Shown: positions 27,474-40,641, counted from the first letter of the stretch. The stretch: DNA of 64,000 bases from Octopus sinensis (GCF_006345805.1 NC_043016.1:7750001-7814000); one strand, 5' to 3'. Notes: a model not told the origin generated them from the sequence alone. Numbers and translations: made by a program.

Positions 27474-28494
27474 TGTATTATGTATGTATGTATGTTAGTG
27501 TGTGTCTATGTATAAATATATCTAAGTCACAATATATCTCTATATCTCACAATATTCAGTTAATCCGGTGGTACTCATAAAACTTAATTTATCGTTCTAC
27601 AAAACATTTCATCATATATATTTTTTCTTTATTTATAATTCTAAATATATATACACATGCACACGTATATGTATGTATGTATGTACACTCGCGCTCGCGA
27701 GTAACCGAAATATAATGCATTATACGAATACAGTCTACAGGCAAATTTCCCTCTTATGCTGGGTGTGGTGCAAAACGATTATGGCAATAAAAATTTGAAA
27801 TGAAAGATTTTGATGGCATTGCTGTTAGAATTTCTTGTTTAAGCATTTGAACAGAGCGTTTTACTTTATCGTTTAAAGTCGAATGGAAAACAGATGATGT
27901 CAATCAAATGCTGACTGCTCACTTGGCTGCAAAATTGCTTAAATTTGGACGATATAAACTGAATTTAACTGTCGAATATAATTATTTTCATTGTATGACG
28001 ATATCGACCAGATCATCCGACGTTGTTATACACCGCTGATGGCAATGTTCTTCCTAGCATTGTTGAAGCGTTCAAACGATGTCACCCCTCTGGCTAGGCG
28101 GGCAGGCTGACATCTCCCCCCATCCACCACCCGGGTGGAAAGCCAGTCCATCGCAGAGTTGCCCAACTACAGAGAATCGACTGAAGAAATGTGAAACGAA
28201 GTGTTTTCCTCAAGGGTACGCTGTCGGTGTTGGAATAGAAATCAATTATTTTATAGAGTCCTTAAATGACGAAAATTTTACGGACAGTTATTAATGTTTC
28301 ATTAGCAATGTTGATGTCAACATAACATAGGAAACTTCGAGAATGAATCAATGGCAATAATTTGCATTTTATTGTGAAATGCCAAGCGTGCACCACACAC
28401 ACACACGCACACCAGCATATACACACGCAACCCCGCCCCCCACAAACAGTTGTTATGGTCCAGATGTTTTGGGCTATCTTTTATAATTTTTTTA

Positions 28495-28905
28495 TTACTT
28501 GTTCTAGTCATTGGATTGCGGCCATGCTGAGGCACCGCCTTGAAAGGTTTTAGTCGAATAAATCGAGCACAGGACTTCTTTTTCATTTTATTTATTCCAA
28601 CAGTCTCCTTTGCCGAACCGCTAAGTTACATGGACGTAAACAAACCAAAACCAGTCGTCAAGTAATGGTGGGGGGTTAAAAACAAATACACACACACAAA
28701 TTTTCACTCCGTGGCATAAGGTCATCGTGGTCCGAATGAAAGAAATGAATCGTAGTGATGGCTGCTGATGGAAAATACCATCGAATATAGATGTCTGTCT
28801 TCCACACAGCTTCCGTCTACGAAATCTTCCACCCACAAGTCATTGGTCAACTCGTGGCTAAAATAGAAGACACTTGCCCAAGAAAGTGCACCTTGGAACT
28901 GAACA
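28495..28905 (-). mobile_element. SINE family B, diverged
   Basis: CATTGGATTGCGGCCATGCTG...GAAGACACTTGCCCAAG. Confidence 0.75.
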
Positions 28906-29195
28906 TAGTTATAAAATTTATATATTTTTGTTGGTAATCAACTGACTATTTGAAAGCCACGTTGCTTTTCCTTAACGAAAATAAGGATACAGTAAAGTTT
29001 ATTTCATAGGCATATTTTTAATGAAATCCATATTTTCCCCAATGCAATCTTTAGCTAAATGTACTAAAGACAAAGGTATGACAATCTAACTTGCGATTAA
29101 AAATCTCCTAGAAAATGTCGTTTTTGTGACATTTTAAGCCATAATTTTGTAAACTAATTTTGATTAGATATTATTTCTAAAATTATATATTTATA

Positions 29196-29462
29196 ACGTA
29201 AAGTATACTAGCCATCAATATGGCTAACCACTAGGGGTGGGTGTTACTGTAGCTTTTAGCCCTAGGAGATCATCGTCTCCAGCTGGCTTTAGACACAATT
29301 TCTGTGCCCTTATGATATTTGCAAAGGGAGGTCATCCCCTCATAAGGGCACAGAAATTGTGTCTAAAGCCAGCTGGAGACGATGATCTCCTGGGGCTAAA
29401 ATGCTACAGTAACACCCACCCCTAGTGGTTAGCCATATTGAGATCCCTAGTATACTTTACGT
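29196..29462. repeat. Inverted repeat, ~120-bp arms with ~25-nt spacer
   Basis: AACGTAAAGTATACTAG...CCCTTATGA / TCATAAGGG...CTAGTATACTTTACGTT. Confidence 0.93.
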
Positions 29463-30177
29463 TGTCGAGCGCTTACTGTTTACATCTCGCTCATCTTGCT
29501 ATATATTTATAATTATTACACTATTATGTTTTCCCTCTTCCTTTAATTTTGCTCCCATTTTTTGCCAAGTGTCATCCCGAAACCCAGGTATTGTAGGCTG
29601 CAATGCGATCTTCTTAAGTATATAACCATAGTTCTTACCAGATATATTGATATGCTGGATATAACTTTACTACAGCGCCTGTATTCGATGTCATTTTCCT
29701 ATAGGAGCCGTAACTACGAGTCATTTTTTTCATTCGGGCCGTGCCACAGTGACCTTTTGCTATGGAGTTAATTTTTTTTTTCTTTTGGAATATTTTCACA
29801 ATAATTATTCTATAAAAATTGGTCTTCAAAATTTATAAATTCCTGTGATTATTATTGCATCACGATTTATCGATTATTATTTTAAATGCTTCATCTTCAG
29901 TATTTAGTTTCTCCGGCCAACCATTATTGACGAATTGATGAATTCGGATAATATTGATATCAGACTTGATGTTTGATTCGATTTACATTTTTCAGTGATA
30001 ACCAGCATTCCATCGTGATTTTTATTAATGATTTGGTTTATTTCGAATCCAGATGGAATATGATTTTTATGATTTTCCTCAAAATTGCAATCATGTCCGA
30101 TCGGCAGTTTTGATAACACGTCAGCATTTTCGTGTTACTTCGACCATTTATATCATATAGTACCGTATATTATAATA

Positions 30178-30352
30178 TCGGTTTCAAATTTTGGCAGAAG
30201 GCCAGCAAGTTAAGGGGGGGGGTGAAGCCTATTACATTATTCAACTAGTACTTATTTCACCAGCCCCGGAAAGATGAAAGGCAAAGTAGACCTTAATTGA
30301 ATTTAACTCGGAACATTAAGACGGACGAAATAAAGCTAAGCATTTTATCCGG
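30178..30352 (-). mobile_element. Degenerate SINE family A with the GCCAAAATTTGAAACC tail
   Basis: Same tail type as 7166-7390. Confidence 0.65.
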
Positions 30353-31129
30353 CGAATCGTATATCATAATACCATCACCCAACGATGTAGCCTCTGAGAT
30401 ACGTGTGTCGGTATATATTTATCCGGTGAAAATATCTGTATACATTCGAGGCTTCTTATCGTTGATTAAATCAAATATCGTCGATGTAGGAATCGATTGA
30501 ATTTATGTAGAGCCTATATAATAAGCAATATGATTTTATTTATTCGCAGATATCGCCACTGATGGACGTTTACCTCCATTTCCAAATTGTGTCAGAACCA
30601 CTCTAGCACTGACTGACAATGCATCTATCTAAAGCTAAAATTACTGGTAAATTTTCATTGTAATGAGTAAACTTTGTACCTTCAATAATTTGTTATTTCA
30701 ATCTGTAAAATATATTTGAACGACAATTTGAACGACACGTTAAGTAAATAAAGATACAGTAACGTTTGTTATTTCATATTTGTAATGGAATCGATATTTT
30801 TTCCCCTGTAATCTTTAGCTAAATGTGCTAATAGTAAAGCTAAGATAAACTAACTTGCGAAAAGAGAAGAAAACGTTTTTACATTTTAAGACACAATTGT
30901 GTAAACTGATTAGATATTGTCTCCCCCTTGTAAACATCAGGACACAGGTAATGTGTCAAGGCTGACAGGAAGTGGTGCTGCTTCCTAGGGCTAAATAGCA
31001 GTAGTATTATTTCTTTCATGGGACTGTCACATTAAGTTGACAGCATACAACTACTTTATCGTATCACTACTGCATAGATCTCTCTGAGAGATTTAGAAAT
31101 GTATTATTTCTATGATTAGAAATTATTTC

Positions 31130-31581
31130 TAAAATTTTTTATCTATAATTATTACATTATTATGTATTTTTCATTTTCCTTCAATTTTATTTCCATTTCT
31201 TTCCGAGTGTCTTCCCGACACCTAGGGCAAAGACACTCATTGTGTACATTGATAAGTCATTAAAATAAACACACCAGATTGTTCATTTACAAAATTAAAT
31301 TAAGTCGTATGCTCTTAACATTTCCCAGTTAGTAAATCTTCTAGTAGCTCAAAGCTTTCAAAGATGACTACATGGGAGGTAAGCGTCCTCACTGTGACAA
31401 GGTTCTTCTCAACAAGTGTGACGTACCAGTTAAAACATTTTTTTGCATTTCTCGCGGGGACGGTAAGCTATGGATAATTCTCAAATACCTTTCAGTTCCT
31501 TTTTTTTGGTCATTCTTAGAGTTCCTACAATCACTGGTATTGTGACAACCTTGAAATGCCACATTTTTTCATAAACACTTT
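31130..31581 (-). mobile_element. R4/Dong-like LINE 3' fragment (REL C-terminus + 3' UTR)
   Basis: EKMWHFKVVTIPVIVGTLRMTKK; 3' end CCTAGGTGTCGGGAAGACACTCGG...AATAATGTAATAAT, also present at 29510-29590 and 36153-36236. Confidence 0.78.
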
Positions 31582-34500
31582 CGACACCACTACTGCCACT
31601 ACCACAGACACAAACAAACACAGACACAATTACAGACACGATTACAGCAGTGAATACAAGAAACCAGGAACTGGTTGAGTATTTGAAAAACAAAACAAGC
31701 ACAAACATTACAGATTTCATAATACCTACACACAACACACCACCAGCACACATTCTCACAATAAAAATAAACAAAACAGTTTACAGCGAAATAAAACAAA
31801 TATTCCCTAACGATGTGGGATCGTTAGGGAAAAGTTTCTCTCAGAAACTTTACAAAAATATTATTGAAGCACCCGTGCAAAAGCACAAGGGAGCCACCCC
31901 CACCACCAACAACAGTAAGTAGAGCCTTTTTTCTCCTTTTTTTCCCCTAACTTTTGAAACATGGCAAATCTTAGAATCGGTTGCTTGAATGTGAGAGGCC
32001 TCGGGTCACCTTGGAAACAGGGTCACCTGTTAAACGACCTGAGGTTTCATGATGTGGATGTAGCAGCCATCAGTGAAACCAGGCTCTCCGACCCGCAGGA
32101 ACTCGCAGCCCTTTTCGGCGGATACGAGATATTTCTATCTCCGTGTCGGCCGGGAGCGGGCGGTGGTGGTACTGGGGTGTGTTGTTTCGGAAGGGCCTGG
32201 ACCTGAAAATAAGGACAGTCTTCTTGGATCCGGAAGGTAAGTTGGTGGTCCTCGACGTCGACGGTAGTGACGGCGGTGCTTTCAGACTGCTGGCTGCCTA
32301 CGCTCCGACAGGAGCAGGGCAGTCGGATTATTTCAAACGTCTGGAAGTTTTCCTGGGAACGTCACGCACTCTAGTACTAGTTGGGGATTGGAACGCTGTC
32401 TTAGACGAACGTTTCGATCGGGTGGGCAGGGGAGCGTCTGATAGGAGAGGGGGAGGGTGCAAGAGCCTCGCCAACCTACTCGGCCGCTTTCAGCTGTCCG
32501 ACAGGTTTCGACTAGACAACCCGAATGTGCCAATGTGGACTTGGACAAACCGCATCGGGTCGTCTAGATCGTACTTAGATAGAGTGTTTTGTAGGCCAGC
32601 GGATAAGGACAGCGTAGGGTGTCCACAATTCCACCTAGTCGAATATACGGACCACAAATTAGTGATCTGTACGGTCGACTTAGATAGGCTACATAGACAG
32701 GGACCCGGCTACTGGAAGCTGAACGCGTCGTTAACGGCGTGCAAAGCTTACAGAGACCGGATTAGTTTACTAGTTAAGCGGGCGCTCACGGGGGCAATCA
32801 TCAACAACAACTGGTGGTTTGCCCTCAAGAGAGCAATTAGAGTAGAGTCGATTAGGTATAGTAAGACTCTAGCTATTGAACGTAGGAAGAGAGAGCGGGA
32901 TTTAGTTAAGAAACTAGACGAGGCTCTTGACACTGGCATCGCGACCGACGTGTTGGCGGCAAGGTTGGCCCTCGACCAACACTTCGACGCCAAACACGAA
33001 GGCTGCGTTGTCAGAGCTAAGGCACGTTCGCTAAGCGGGGAGGGGACTAGAGCCGCTCGATGGGCCCGCGTGGCGGAGGCGAAGCGAGGCAACAGAGCAA
33101 CCATTCGGTCTTTGGTGGACCAGAACGGGCGCGAGGTTACCCAACCGAAGCAGATGTGTACGGTGCTTCAGCGGCACTTTGCTCAACTGTTTGGGACGAG
33201 CGGTGGAACGGACACCAACGGTACAGACTTCGGTGTGTACCTGGACGGACTGCCGCAACTCTCGGACAGCGAGGCAGAGTGCTGCGAAGGACCGATATCT
33301 GCCTGGGAAGTACAGGAAGCGATGAAGAGTTGCACGAGAGGTAGATCGCCGGGTTTGGATGGTCTGCCCTACGAGCTTTACTTTTCAATGCCAGACTTGT
33401 TTGCGGACCTGTTGGCAAACGTCTACTGCAACTGGCAGCAAAACGGGAGAATTCCTGCTTTTGTCTGTCGAGGGGTGGTGGCTTTGCTAAAGAAGGACCC
33501 AAACAAGGGGGACGTTATAGGGAATTTCCGGCCCATCACTCTGCTCAATGCAGAGTTGAAGATTTTGGCCAAGGTGCTAGCCAAGAGATTGGCGCTTGTC
33601 GTGGACAAGCTGGTCGGCGGGACGCAGACATGCGCCGTGCCGACCAGGTCGATACACGACAACCTCCATCTCATGCGCTACATCATAGAGAGGGTGGGTA
33701 ACGACGCTGGCGCGGGTGGGGCTTTGATCAACTTGGATCAGAGTAAAGCCTTCGATAGGGTCGACCATCGGTACCTGGCAGCTGTCCTCAGGGCAGCCGG
33801 CTTCGGTCCAGTCTCCGCGGGTGGATCGCTGCTTTATACAGCAACATCTGCTCGGTGATACGGGTGAACGGTCACCTTTCGGACCGTTCGACATCTCGCG
33901 TTCGGTCCGCCAAGGATGCCCTCTCTCCTCCCTCTTGTACATTTTGACTCTCGAGCCATTACTGCGCAAGTTGGAGGCTTTGAGGGGCATCCCGCGCGAT
34001 CTAGGAGGCGGAAACAGCGTGTCTGCTTATGCCGACGACGTCACCGTGGTGGTGTCGAGCCACAGGCACATTGGCCTGATTGGCGAGACGCTAAACCAGT
34101 ACGAAGCGGTGACAGGGGCAAAGATTAACGCGGAAAAGTCTGTGGGCTTGCAACTGGGCACCTGGAGAGGCAAGCCCATGCCGTCCAACAGCGTCGTAGG
34201 GCGCTGGACAGACGGACCCGTTAAACTGCTCGGGGTCTGGTTCGGTCCGGACCTCCAGGTGGATAAGAACTGGAAGAGGTGACGAGCAGGGTGGCACGTC
34301 TCACCCAGAAATGGGCCGAGAGGAAGCTGTCCCTGAAAGGTCGAGCGGAGGTGGCGAATGCGTACATCGCATCCGTCATCTATTACCGCTTGACCGTCGT
34401 CCCTTGTCCCGACCGCTGGTTGGCCAAGCTGGTACGCCTGCTCTTCGACTTTTTGTGGAAGGGTCAGGTGCCACTGGTCAGGCGATCCATCTGCTGTCAA

Positions 34501-35672
34501 CGACCGCTGAACGGAGGCCTTGGAATGCCGTGGTTGCTGTTGCGCAGACATGCGCTCAGGCTGCGGCATCTCAAGCGCTTCCTAGACGGTGAACAGGTGT
34601 GGTCGTCTTTTGTCAGACGCGATTTTCCGCAGCTCGTCTCTTTGACGGAGCTGCAGACCTGGATCAAACGTAGACCGAGAAAGGGCGCTTGGCACCTCGA
34701 GTGCCGTCAAGCCCTCTCCGCCCTCCGCCAGGCGGGCAATGCGGTCGGTTACAGCTCCACTCTAGCGTTCTATAGAGGGTTAGTGGAGGAAAAATGCGAC
34801 GACGTTCTCGGGGAAACTCTAGGCGTTGAAGACGACGAACTGAGCGGTCTGTTCGGAGGACTTTCGGGCGGGGCCGATGGATAATTTCCAGAGGTCTCTC
34901 GCCTGGCAGTGCTACCGAGGGGCTCTGCCTGTTCGAGATAAACTCTACCGGCACGGAAGTGCCGTCAGCCGGGCCTGCCCGAGGTGTTGCCAGGACGACG
35001 AAACCGTTCTGCACGCACTCGTCCAGTGCCCGAGTATTGCTGAAATATGGGTTTATGTCGAACAGCTACTGTCACGTGTAGGACGGATCCGACTATCGGC
35101 CGAATCCATAGTGAAGATTGCCCCGCCGACCTCCTTTAACAAGGAGGGCGAGGCCGTTTTCTTGTGCCTAGTGGCTGTGGCGAAAGAGGTGGTGTGGTGG
35201 ACTCGTTTGAAAGGGCTAAAGTCAGACACTTTCCTCTTTGGTCAAGGCCTCATCAACTTTTTCAAGTTTCACTTGAAAAGGAAGATGAGGTTAGAGAGGA
35301 AAGTGCTGTCCGATAGCAAGTTTTATGAAAGGTGGGTGAATTGTGCGAGACTGGCCTGTATAAATGGACCAGTTCTCAGGTTTCGCCTGTGATTTCAAAA
35401 AGGTAATACAAAAGGAGAAAAAAGGGGACTCTCTACACCCCCTTTTTTGACCAGGCTCCCGTTGGCTTTGTAGGGTTTTTTCCACCAGGAACCTTTCGAG
35501 ACGTCTCCCCCTTTTGGGAGTTTTTCATTGTTGAATTTTATAAGTTGTTATAAAGATTTTTACTCGATGTTTTTAAAAAAAAAAAACGGCAAAACCCTTT
35601 GTAACCTTTCGTCCTGTCTTGTCCCTTTATGTAATCATGCGTGTCAGCCCTTGTGGCCAATAAAAAAGAATT
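31582..35672 (+). mobile_element. Tx1-clade L1 LINE copy 3: ORF1 C-terminus, ORF2, 3' UTR, followed by (ATT)n
   Basis: ORF1 tail ends SK* at 31922; ORF2 starts at 31961; 3' end CCCTTGTGGCCAATAAAAAAGAAT. Confidence 0.95.
31961..35392 (+). CDS. Tx1 ORF2 (APE endonuclease + reverse transcriptase + C-terminal CCHC), ~1140 aa, split by about four 1-bp frameshifts
   Basis: MANLRIGCLNVRGL, AISETRL, AYAPTG, VGDWN, SYLDR, YTDH, SPGLDGLP, FRPITLLN, LDQSKAFDRVDH, RQGCPLS, YADDV, CPRCCQDDETVLHALVQC; no in-frame stop codons noticed within the segments. Confidence 0.88.
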
Positions 35673-35673
35673 G

Positions 35674-35706
<33 letters not shown>

Positions 35707-36293
35707 GAGTGAGAGAGCAGTGCATGCCATCAAAGTGACACTGGGGTAAAATATACGAAGCCCAGTATACCCATCATGACTATCCGCCTGATAAGTGTAT
35801 ACCAGGCACATGCATCACAACCATATGTGCGCGACATGGTGATCTCATATCAAGATAAACAGCGCATGACCTCACAGACGGGGCCCAGTTAGAATTTTCT
35901 TCAGGTCCCACTTAAAAGGCCCCTGAATAAGGGTTGTTTGAGGGAGGTAAACGAAATACCCATGTTTCCAGAGGTGAATTATTTAAACTCCAAAGAATGA
36001 TGTTCCCCCACTACTTCTACTCATAATCAGAGATGCACATATCATCAACCATTAAGGGACATGCTCAACTAGTTAAGGTCAAACAACTGACAAGCAAATC
36101 TGTGGTATTGAGCAGAATATTTGATGTAGCCCATCTTTTATACTAAGACAAAATTATTACATTATTATGTGTTTTTCTTTTTCCTTCTATTTTGTTTCCA
36201 CTTCTTGCCGAGTGTCTTCCCGACACCTAGGGCAAAGATAATACTTTCAGTCAAGATCAGAAACCATGAGAGTCAGTGCGGGTTCATCAGGGC

Positions 36294-36295
<2 letters not shown>
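35707..36295 (-). mobile_element. Copy (inverted relative to the 53.9-55.6 kb array) of the ~555-bp (AAT)n-flanked repeat
   Basis: Reverse complement of units at 53919-55593; (ATT)n on both sides; carries an 84-bp R4 3'-end insertion at 36153-36236. Confidence 0.88.
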
Positions 36296-36339
<44 letters not shown>

Positions 36340-36372
36340 GTTGTTGTTGTTGTTGTTGTTGTTGTTCTTCTT

Positions 36373-36403
<31 letters not shown>

Positions 36404-36560
36404 TTGTTATTGTTATTGTTGTGTTGTGTTCTGTTGTTGTTCTTGTGTTTGTTCTTGTTCTTGTTCTTGTTCTTGTTCTTGTTCTTGGCTTCTTCTTCTT
36501 CTTCTTTCTTCTCTTCTTCTTCTTCTTCTTATATTATTAATATTATTATTATTATTATAT
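36296..36560. repeat. (ATT)n-(GTT)n-(CTT)n compound microsatellite
   Basis: Direct reading. Confidence 0.95.
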
Positions 36561-37388
36561 ATTATTTAAAGCTCTTACGTACTAATTCAATTAGCAGGTT
36601 GTTATCTGAAGTTTGTTACAAGTCTATTCGTATCTCAAGAATATTTCTTATAATTCTTGCAGAACATAGGATGGTGCTTTTCTGCAGTTGACAATATCTC
36701 TCAGTCTCTGAGATAGCAGTTTAAGTATTATTTATTGCCCTTGTTGTTGTTGTTGTTGTTATTATTATTACTTCATCTCAGTGATGATAATAATATGGCC
36801 CAGCTATCAACACAGCGTTTTGTACTGGGTGACAATATATGGGTTTTATTTGCAATTTTGGTTTTGAGTAATTTCAGATGTAATATTTTAGACGTAATTC
36901 GCCGAAATTGTCGAGGTGACATCAATGTCGTTAGCCGATTTCATCGTACCTCTAATTAGAGATTTTACAACTTTCAATAAATTCCTTCCTCGAGAGATAG
37001 ATATTCGTTGCACTGACAACCACGTCATACTTCTTCGTACGCTGTGAACACGAGAATTCGATCACGTATCAGACAGTCAACGACATTCAATGCACAATTT
37101 TTCAAATATTCATTCATTGCCCAACGATCTCATCTCAGTTTTCCAATTACGGAATTGATTGATTGATTGATGAGTTTTTAAGAAAAGATTACAAAATACG
37201 ATGGGAATATTTTGGAGTTTCTTGAAAGAATTATCTTTTATCCTTTATCTGTCACTCGTTTCAGCAATTGAACAGTGACGATGCTGGGGCACCGCCTTTA
37301 GCAACCATTTTTAAAGCATAGCACTTATTCTATCGGTCTCTTTCTCCGAACAACTAGATTACGGAGACGTAAACAAAACAACACCGTC

Positions 37389-37620
37389 AGCGGTGAGCTG
37401 GCAGAAACGATAGCTCGCCGGGCGAGATGCTTAGCGGTATTTCCTCTGCAGTTACGTTCTGAGTTCAAATTCCGCCGAGGTCGACTTTACCTTTCTTCCT
37501 TTCGGGTTCGACAAATTAAGTACCAGTTACGCACTGGGGTCGATGTAATCTACTCAATTCCTTTGTCTGTCCTTTGTTTGTCCCCTCTATGCTTAGCCCC
37601 TTGTTGGCAATAAAGAAATG
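37389..37620 (+). mobile_element. SINE family A inserted into a SINE B, 14-bp TSD
   Basis: TSD AAAACAACACCGTC (37375-37388) / AAAACAACATCGTC (37621-37634). Confidence 0.9.
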
Positions 37621-38210
37621 AAAACAACATCGTCTGTCAAATGATGGTGTGAGACTAATGCGATACAAGCATATACATACATCGAACAGACATACACAAA
37701 CTATGTGTTGTTAGTTCATGGTTCGGTTTTTAGGAGTAACAGAATATATTCTCTATGCGCCTGGTGTAAAAATAAACACCTGAAAGTAAGAAACAGTCAA
37801 ACGAGACGACTCACGATTCTCTTTATATACCTCAACCTGCTTCTAACTCATATCTGAATTTTTTCCGTGGCTGGCATGAAACGTTGGGTCATGCCAAGAG
37901 ATAATGTTTAAAACATTTAGCATATACTCATAGTCAGCAATATGGCTTTCTGCGGGTCTTGTTCAGTATGCGGATTTGATTAGTCAAAACAATGACGAAA
38001 CATCGATGTCTGTCGATCAGAGAAGGGACGTGATATGAGTTGTCTCGCTTGACTGTGACTGTATCTTTTTACTCCAGGCACATAAAAAGCGCAGCCAACC
38101 CACGAACTAAAAAAAACACATAATTTGTGCATGTGTGTTTGATTTTGTCGATAAACCTCGAGCTGCTTTTAATTCATATTTGTATATATATATATATTTG
38201 CATATATATA

Positions 38211-38503
38211 TTAGGGCAACGGACTCGCGGTTGTAGGATCGCGGTTTCGATTTCCAGATCGGGCGTTGTGAGTGTTAATTGAGCGAAAACACCTAAAGCT
38301 CTACAAGGCTCCGGCAGGGGGTAGTGGCGATCCCTGCTGTACTCGTTCGCCACAACTTTCTCTCACTCTTTCTTCTGTTGGCCTGCTCGCTTAGCCAGCG
38401 GGGTGGCATCATTTGAAGGCTAAAACAATGCGAAGCGCATTGTGACCAGCGATGTATCGCAACATCTGATAGCCTGGTCGGTCACGGTGATCACGGTGAT
38501 ATA
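38211..38503 (+). mobile_element. SINE family C head/core with a different 3' tail, (TCACGGTGA)2
   Basis: Matches 758-1145 up to AACTTTCTCTCACTCTTTCTTC, then diverges. Confidence 0.82.
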
Positions 38504-38655
38504 TATATATATATATATATGTATAGTTGAGGTATGTTCTGTTAAGAACGTATAAGAGTATAAATAGAGCTCGTTCACCCTTAGAATTCCCAAATAGTCA
38601 GTAGTATTCTTATGGTATGCTACCAATTCTAGTCTTAGGTATTCCTTGTGTGTGA

Positions 38656-38856
38656 AAATAAAAAGTAATAAGTAAAAAGTAAAAGTGTCAAATGGAAGAG
38701 TAATTACGGCTAAGCAGCTTTTTAATCACTACAAATGTTTCGATACATACAAATCCTCATATATACAAGATTTAGAGTTACATGTAAATTAAATTATGTA
38801 ACGATTTACCTGTATAAGATCTATATGTATCTCCTCAGGCGATACTCAGTAAATCG
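38656..38856. repeat. Left copy of ~200-bp inverted repeat (partner 40648-40863)
   Basis: e.g. AGATCTATATGTATCTCCTCAGGCGATACTCAG vs CTGAGTATCGCCTGAGGAGGAGATACATATAGATCT; roughly 80% identity by eye. Confidence 0.85.
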
Positions 38857-39039
38857 GAAACCCACCACGGAACAAATGAATCAGCGAAACGAAGACAGAA
38901 GAGCCACCAAAAAGAAAAAAAAAATACACACACACACAAAACGTTGCGTAGTCGAAGTAATTTTTAAAAAAAAATATCCAACAAGAGTTCTTTGGAAAGT
39001 TCTTTTTTTTCTTTCCTCCGTTCCTTTAAAAAAAACATT

Positions 39040-39300
39040 TAACATTTAACAACACAAAGTTCTTTTCTTTTTTGTTTTTCTTTTGAATCATTTAACATTG
39101 CAAAGTTTTCTTTTCTTCTAAAACATTTAATATCACAACGTTCGTTTTCTTCTAAAACATTTAACAACACAGTTCTTTTTTTTTCTTTCTTTTCAAACAT
39201 TTAACAACACAGTTCTTTTCTTTTAAAAACACATTTAACAACTGAAAGCTCGTTTTCTCTTCAAACATAAGAACATTTACCGGCAACAAAGTTCTTTTCT
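39040..39300. repeat. Minisatellite, ~33-45-bp unit AACATTTAACAACACAAAGTTCTTTTCT, ~7-8 copies
   Basis: Direct reading. Confidence 0.8.
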
Positions 39301-40641
39301 TTTACCTCTGCAACTTCGGCAACCTAGCTAGCCGCAGAATCCCACTTCATCAACTTGCCAGTTTGCTTCAGCTGTCCGTGTCTCTCGGTCTGTCTATCTC
39401 TCTCTTCAAGCTGTAGCAATCCTGCCGCTTGTGTCCACCAAGTCTCCCACAGTGCCAGCAACACATACCAGTCATCTCTTCATTCTTCTCACATGGTCCA
39501 CGACAATTCCCAAGTCCTTCAGCTCCATGGATTTTTCCTCTCTTTGCCTGGAATCCGGAGCTGTAACTCACCCGGAAATTTCCGGTGCTAGATTTGATGT
39601 ACGATTCAAATTCCAGAGCCCTAGCCAGCGCACCCTGCCATAGTACTTGGCCGCATCTGCTTCACTTGGACCTTGAGATTTGCATTGTCCAGAGAATCTA
39701 TAAATTGTTCCTTCAAACGAAGAGACAAAAGGTCGGGGCTAGCTGTAGGGTAGGCTTTATGCACCGTGCCCTCCAAGTCCTGGACAAGCTGCTATAGGGG
39801 CTCCCCTCTAGACATAGGAGCGGAAGCGTGTCCTGTACATTTCACTCTGGCACATAGTGTCATATTTCCTCTGAAGAGCTTCTACCAGCGTCGAGTAACG
39901 ACCCCTGTCTACTTCTGACAGCCGGTCCAGCAACTTCAGTGCAGGACCCTTCAAACTGGTGGCAAACTGAACGGCTCTTTGCCCCTCGTCCCAATCATTC
40001 TGGTCCGCCAGCATCTCAAACTGGATTCGGTAGGCCTCCCAAGATACTTTGACATCAAATTCCTGTGGATTTTTCCTAATGGGGACTACGCAGTTACATT
40101 TAACCCGGGGAGACCCGGACCCAGACGTCGGAGCATTACAATATGGCGCAGCAACAGCAACTACTTCTGGCTCAGCAATCTTACGCTCAGTAGCACAAAG
40201 TTTCTCCACGCACTCCATTCTCTTGTCAAGCCTGTCCATTTGTTGCTTGCACCATGTGACATCATCACTCATTTCGCGTAACTCTTTCGTAAACTGTTGG
40301 TGACTTTCCTGCAATCGATGTTGCTCTTTCTCCATTATTCCCATAAAAGCTTCCAGCTGATCTTGAAGCTGCGTTTGCTGCGTTTGCAGCGTTTGCAGCG
40401 CCTTCTGCTTTGCTCTTTTAACATCTGCACAATTGTAGCCAGTGATGTCTCTTCCTTCCTTGCCCGTCTCCTCGTACGTGCTCCCTCCGAGGCCATAGCG
40501 GGTAACCGACTCACTGCAGCAATGAATATCCCACTTCTGACAATAGTTGTTGCGCTGCACGCGACCCTCCGATGCTACCACGGGTCCCCACACAAAGAGC
40601 CCGCAGTTTGCTGGCCCAGAGAAGCCCATGGATGTTGTAGC
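39300..40641 (-). pseudogene. Ty3/gypsy LTR retrotransposon 5' remnant: short LTR piece, tRNA-Leu PBS, gag with zinc knuckle; no pol
   Basis: PBS TGTCAGAAGTGGGAT (40528-40542), complementary to the tRNA-Leu(CAA) 3' end; gag FDVKVSWEAYRIQFEMLADQNDWDEGQRAVQFATSLKGPAL; CWHCGRLGGHKRQDC (39416-39460). Confidence 0.85.

Noticed and set aside
31481-31774. Minus-strand 97-aa ORF
   Set aside because: Chance fusion of antisense Tx1 ORF1 sequence with an R4 REL fragment across the 31581/31582 junction
31914-31975. Possible intron between Tx1 ORF1 and ORF2 (GTAAGT, pyrimidine tract, CTAAC; similar at 23183-23231)
   Set aside because: No acceptor gives an in-frame ORF1-ORF2 fusion in either copy; GTAAGT is explained by the conserved SK-stop codons
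16599-35014. Long antisense and alternate-frame ORFs over the Tx1 copies
   Set aside because: Expected by-product of GC-rich LINE coding sequence; no independent motifs
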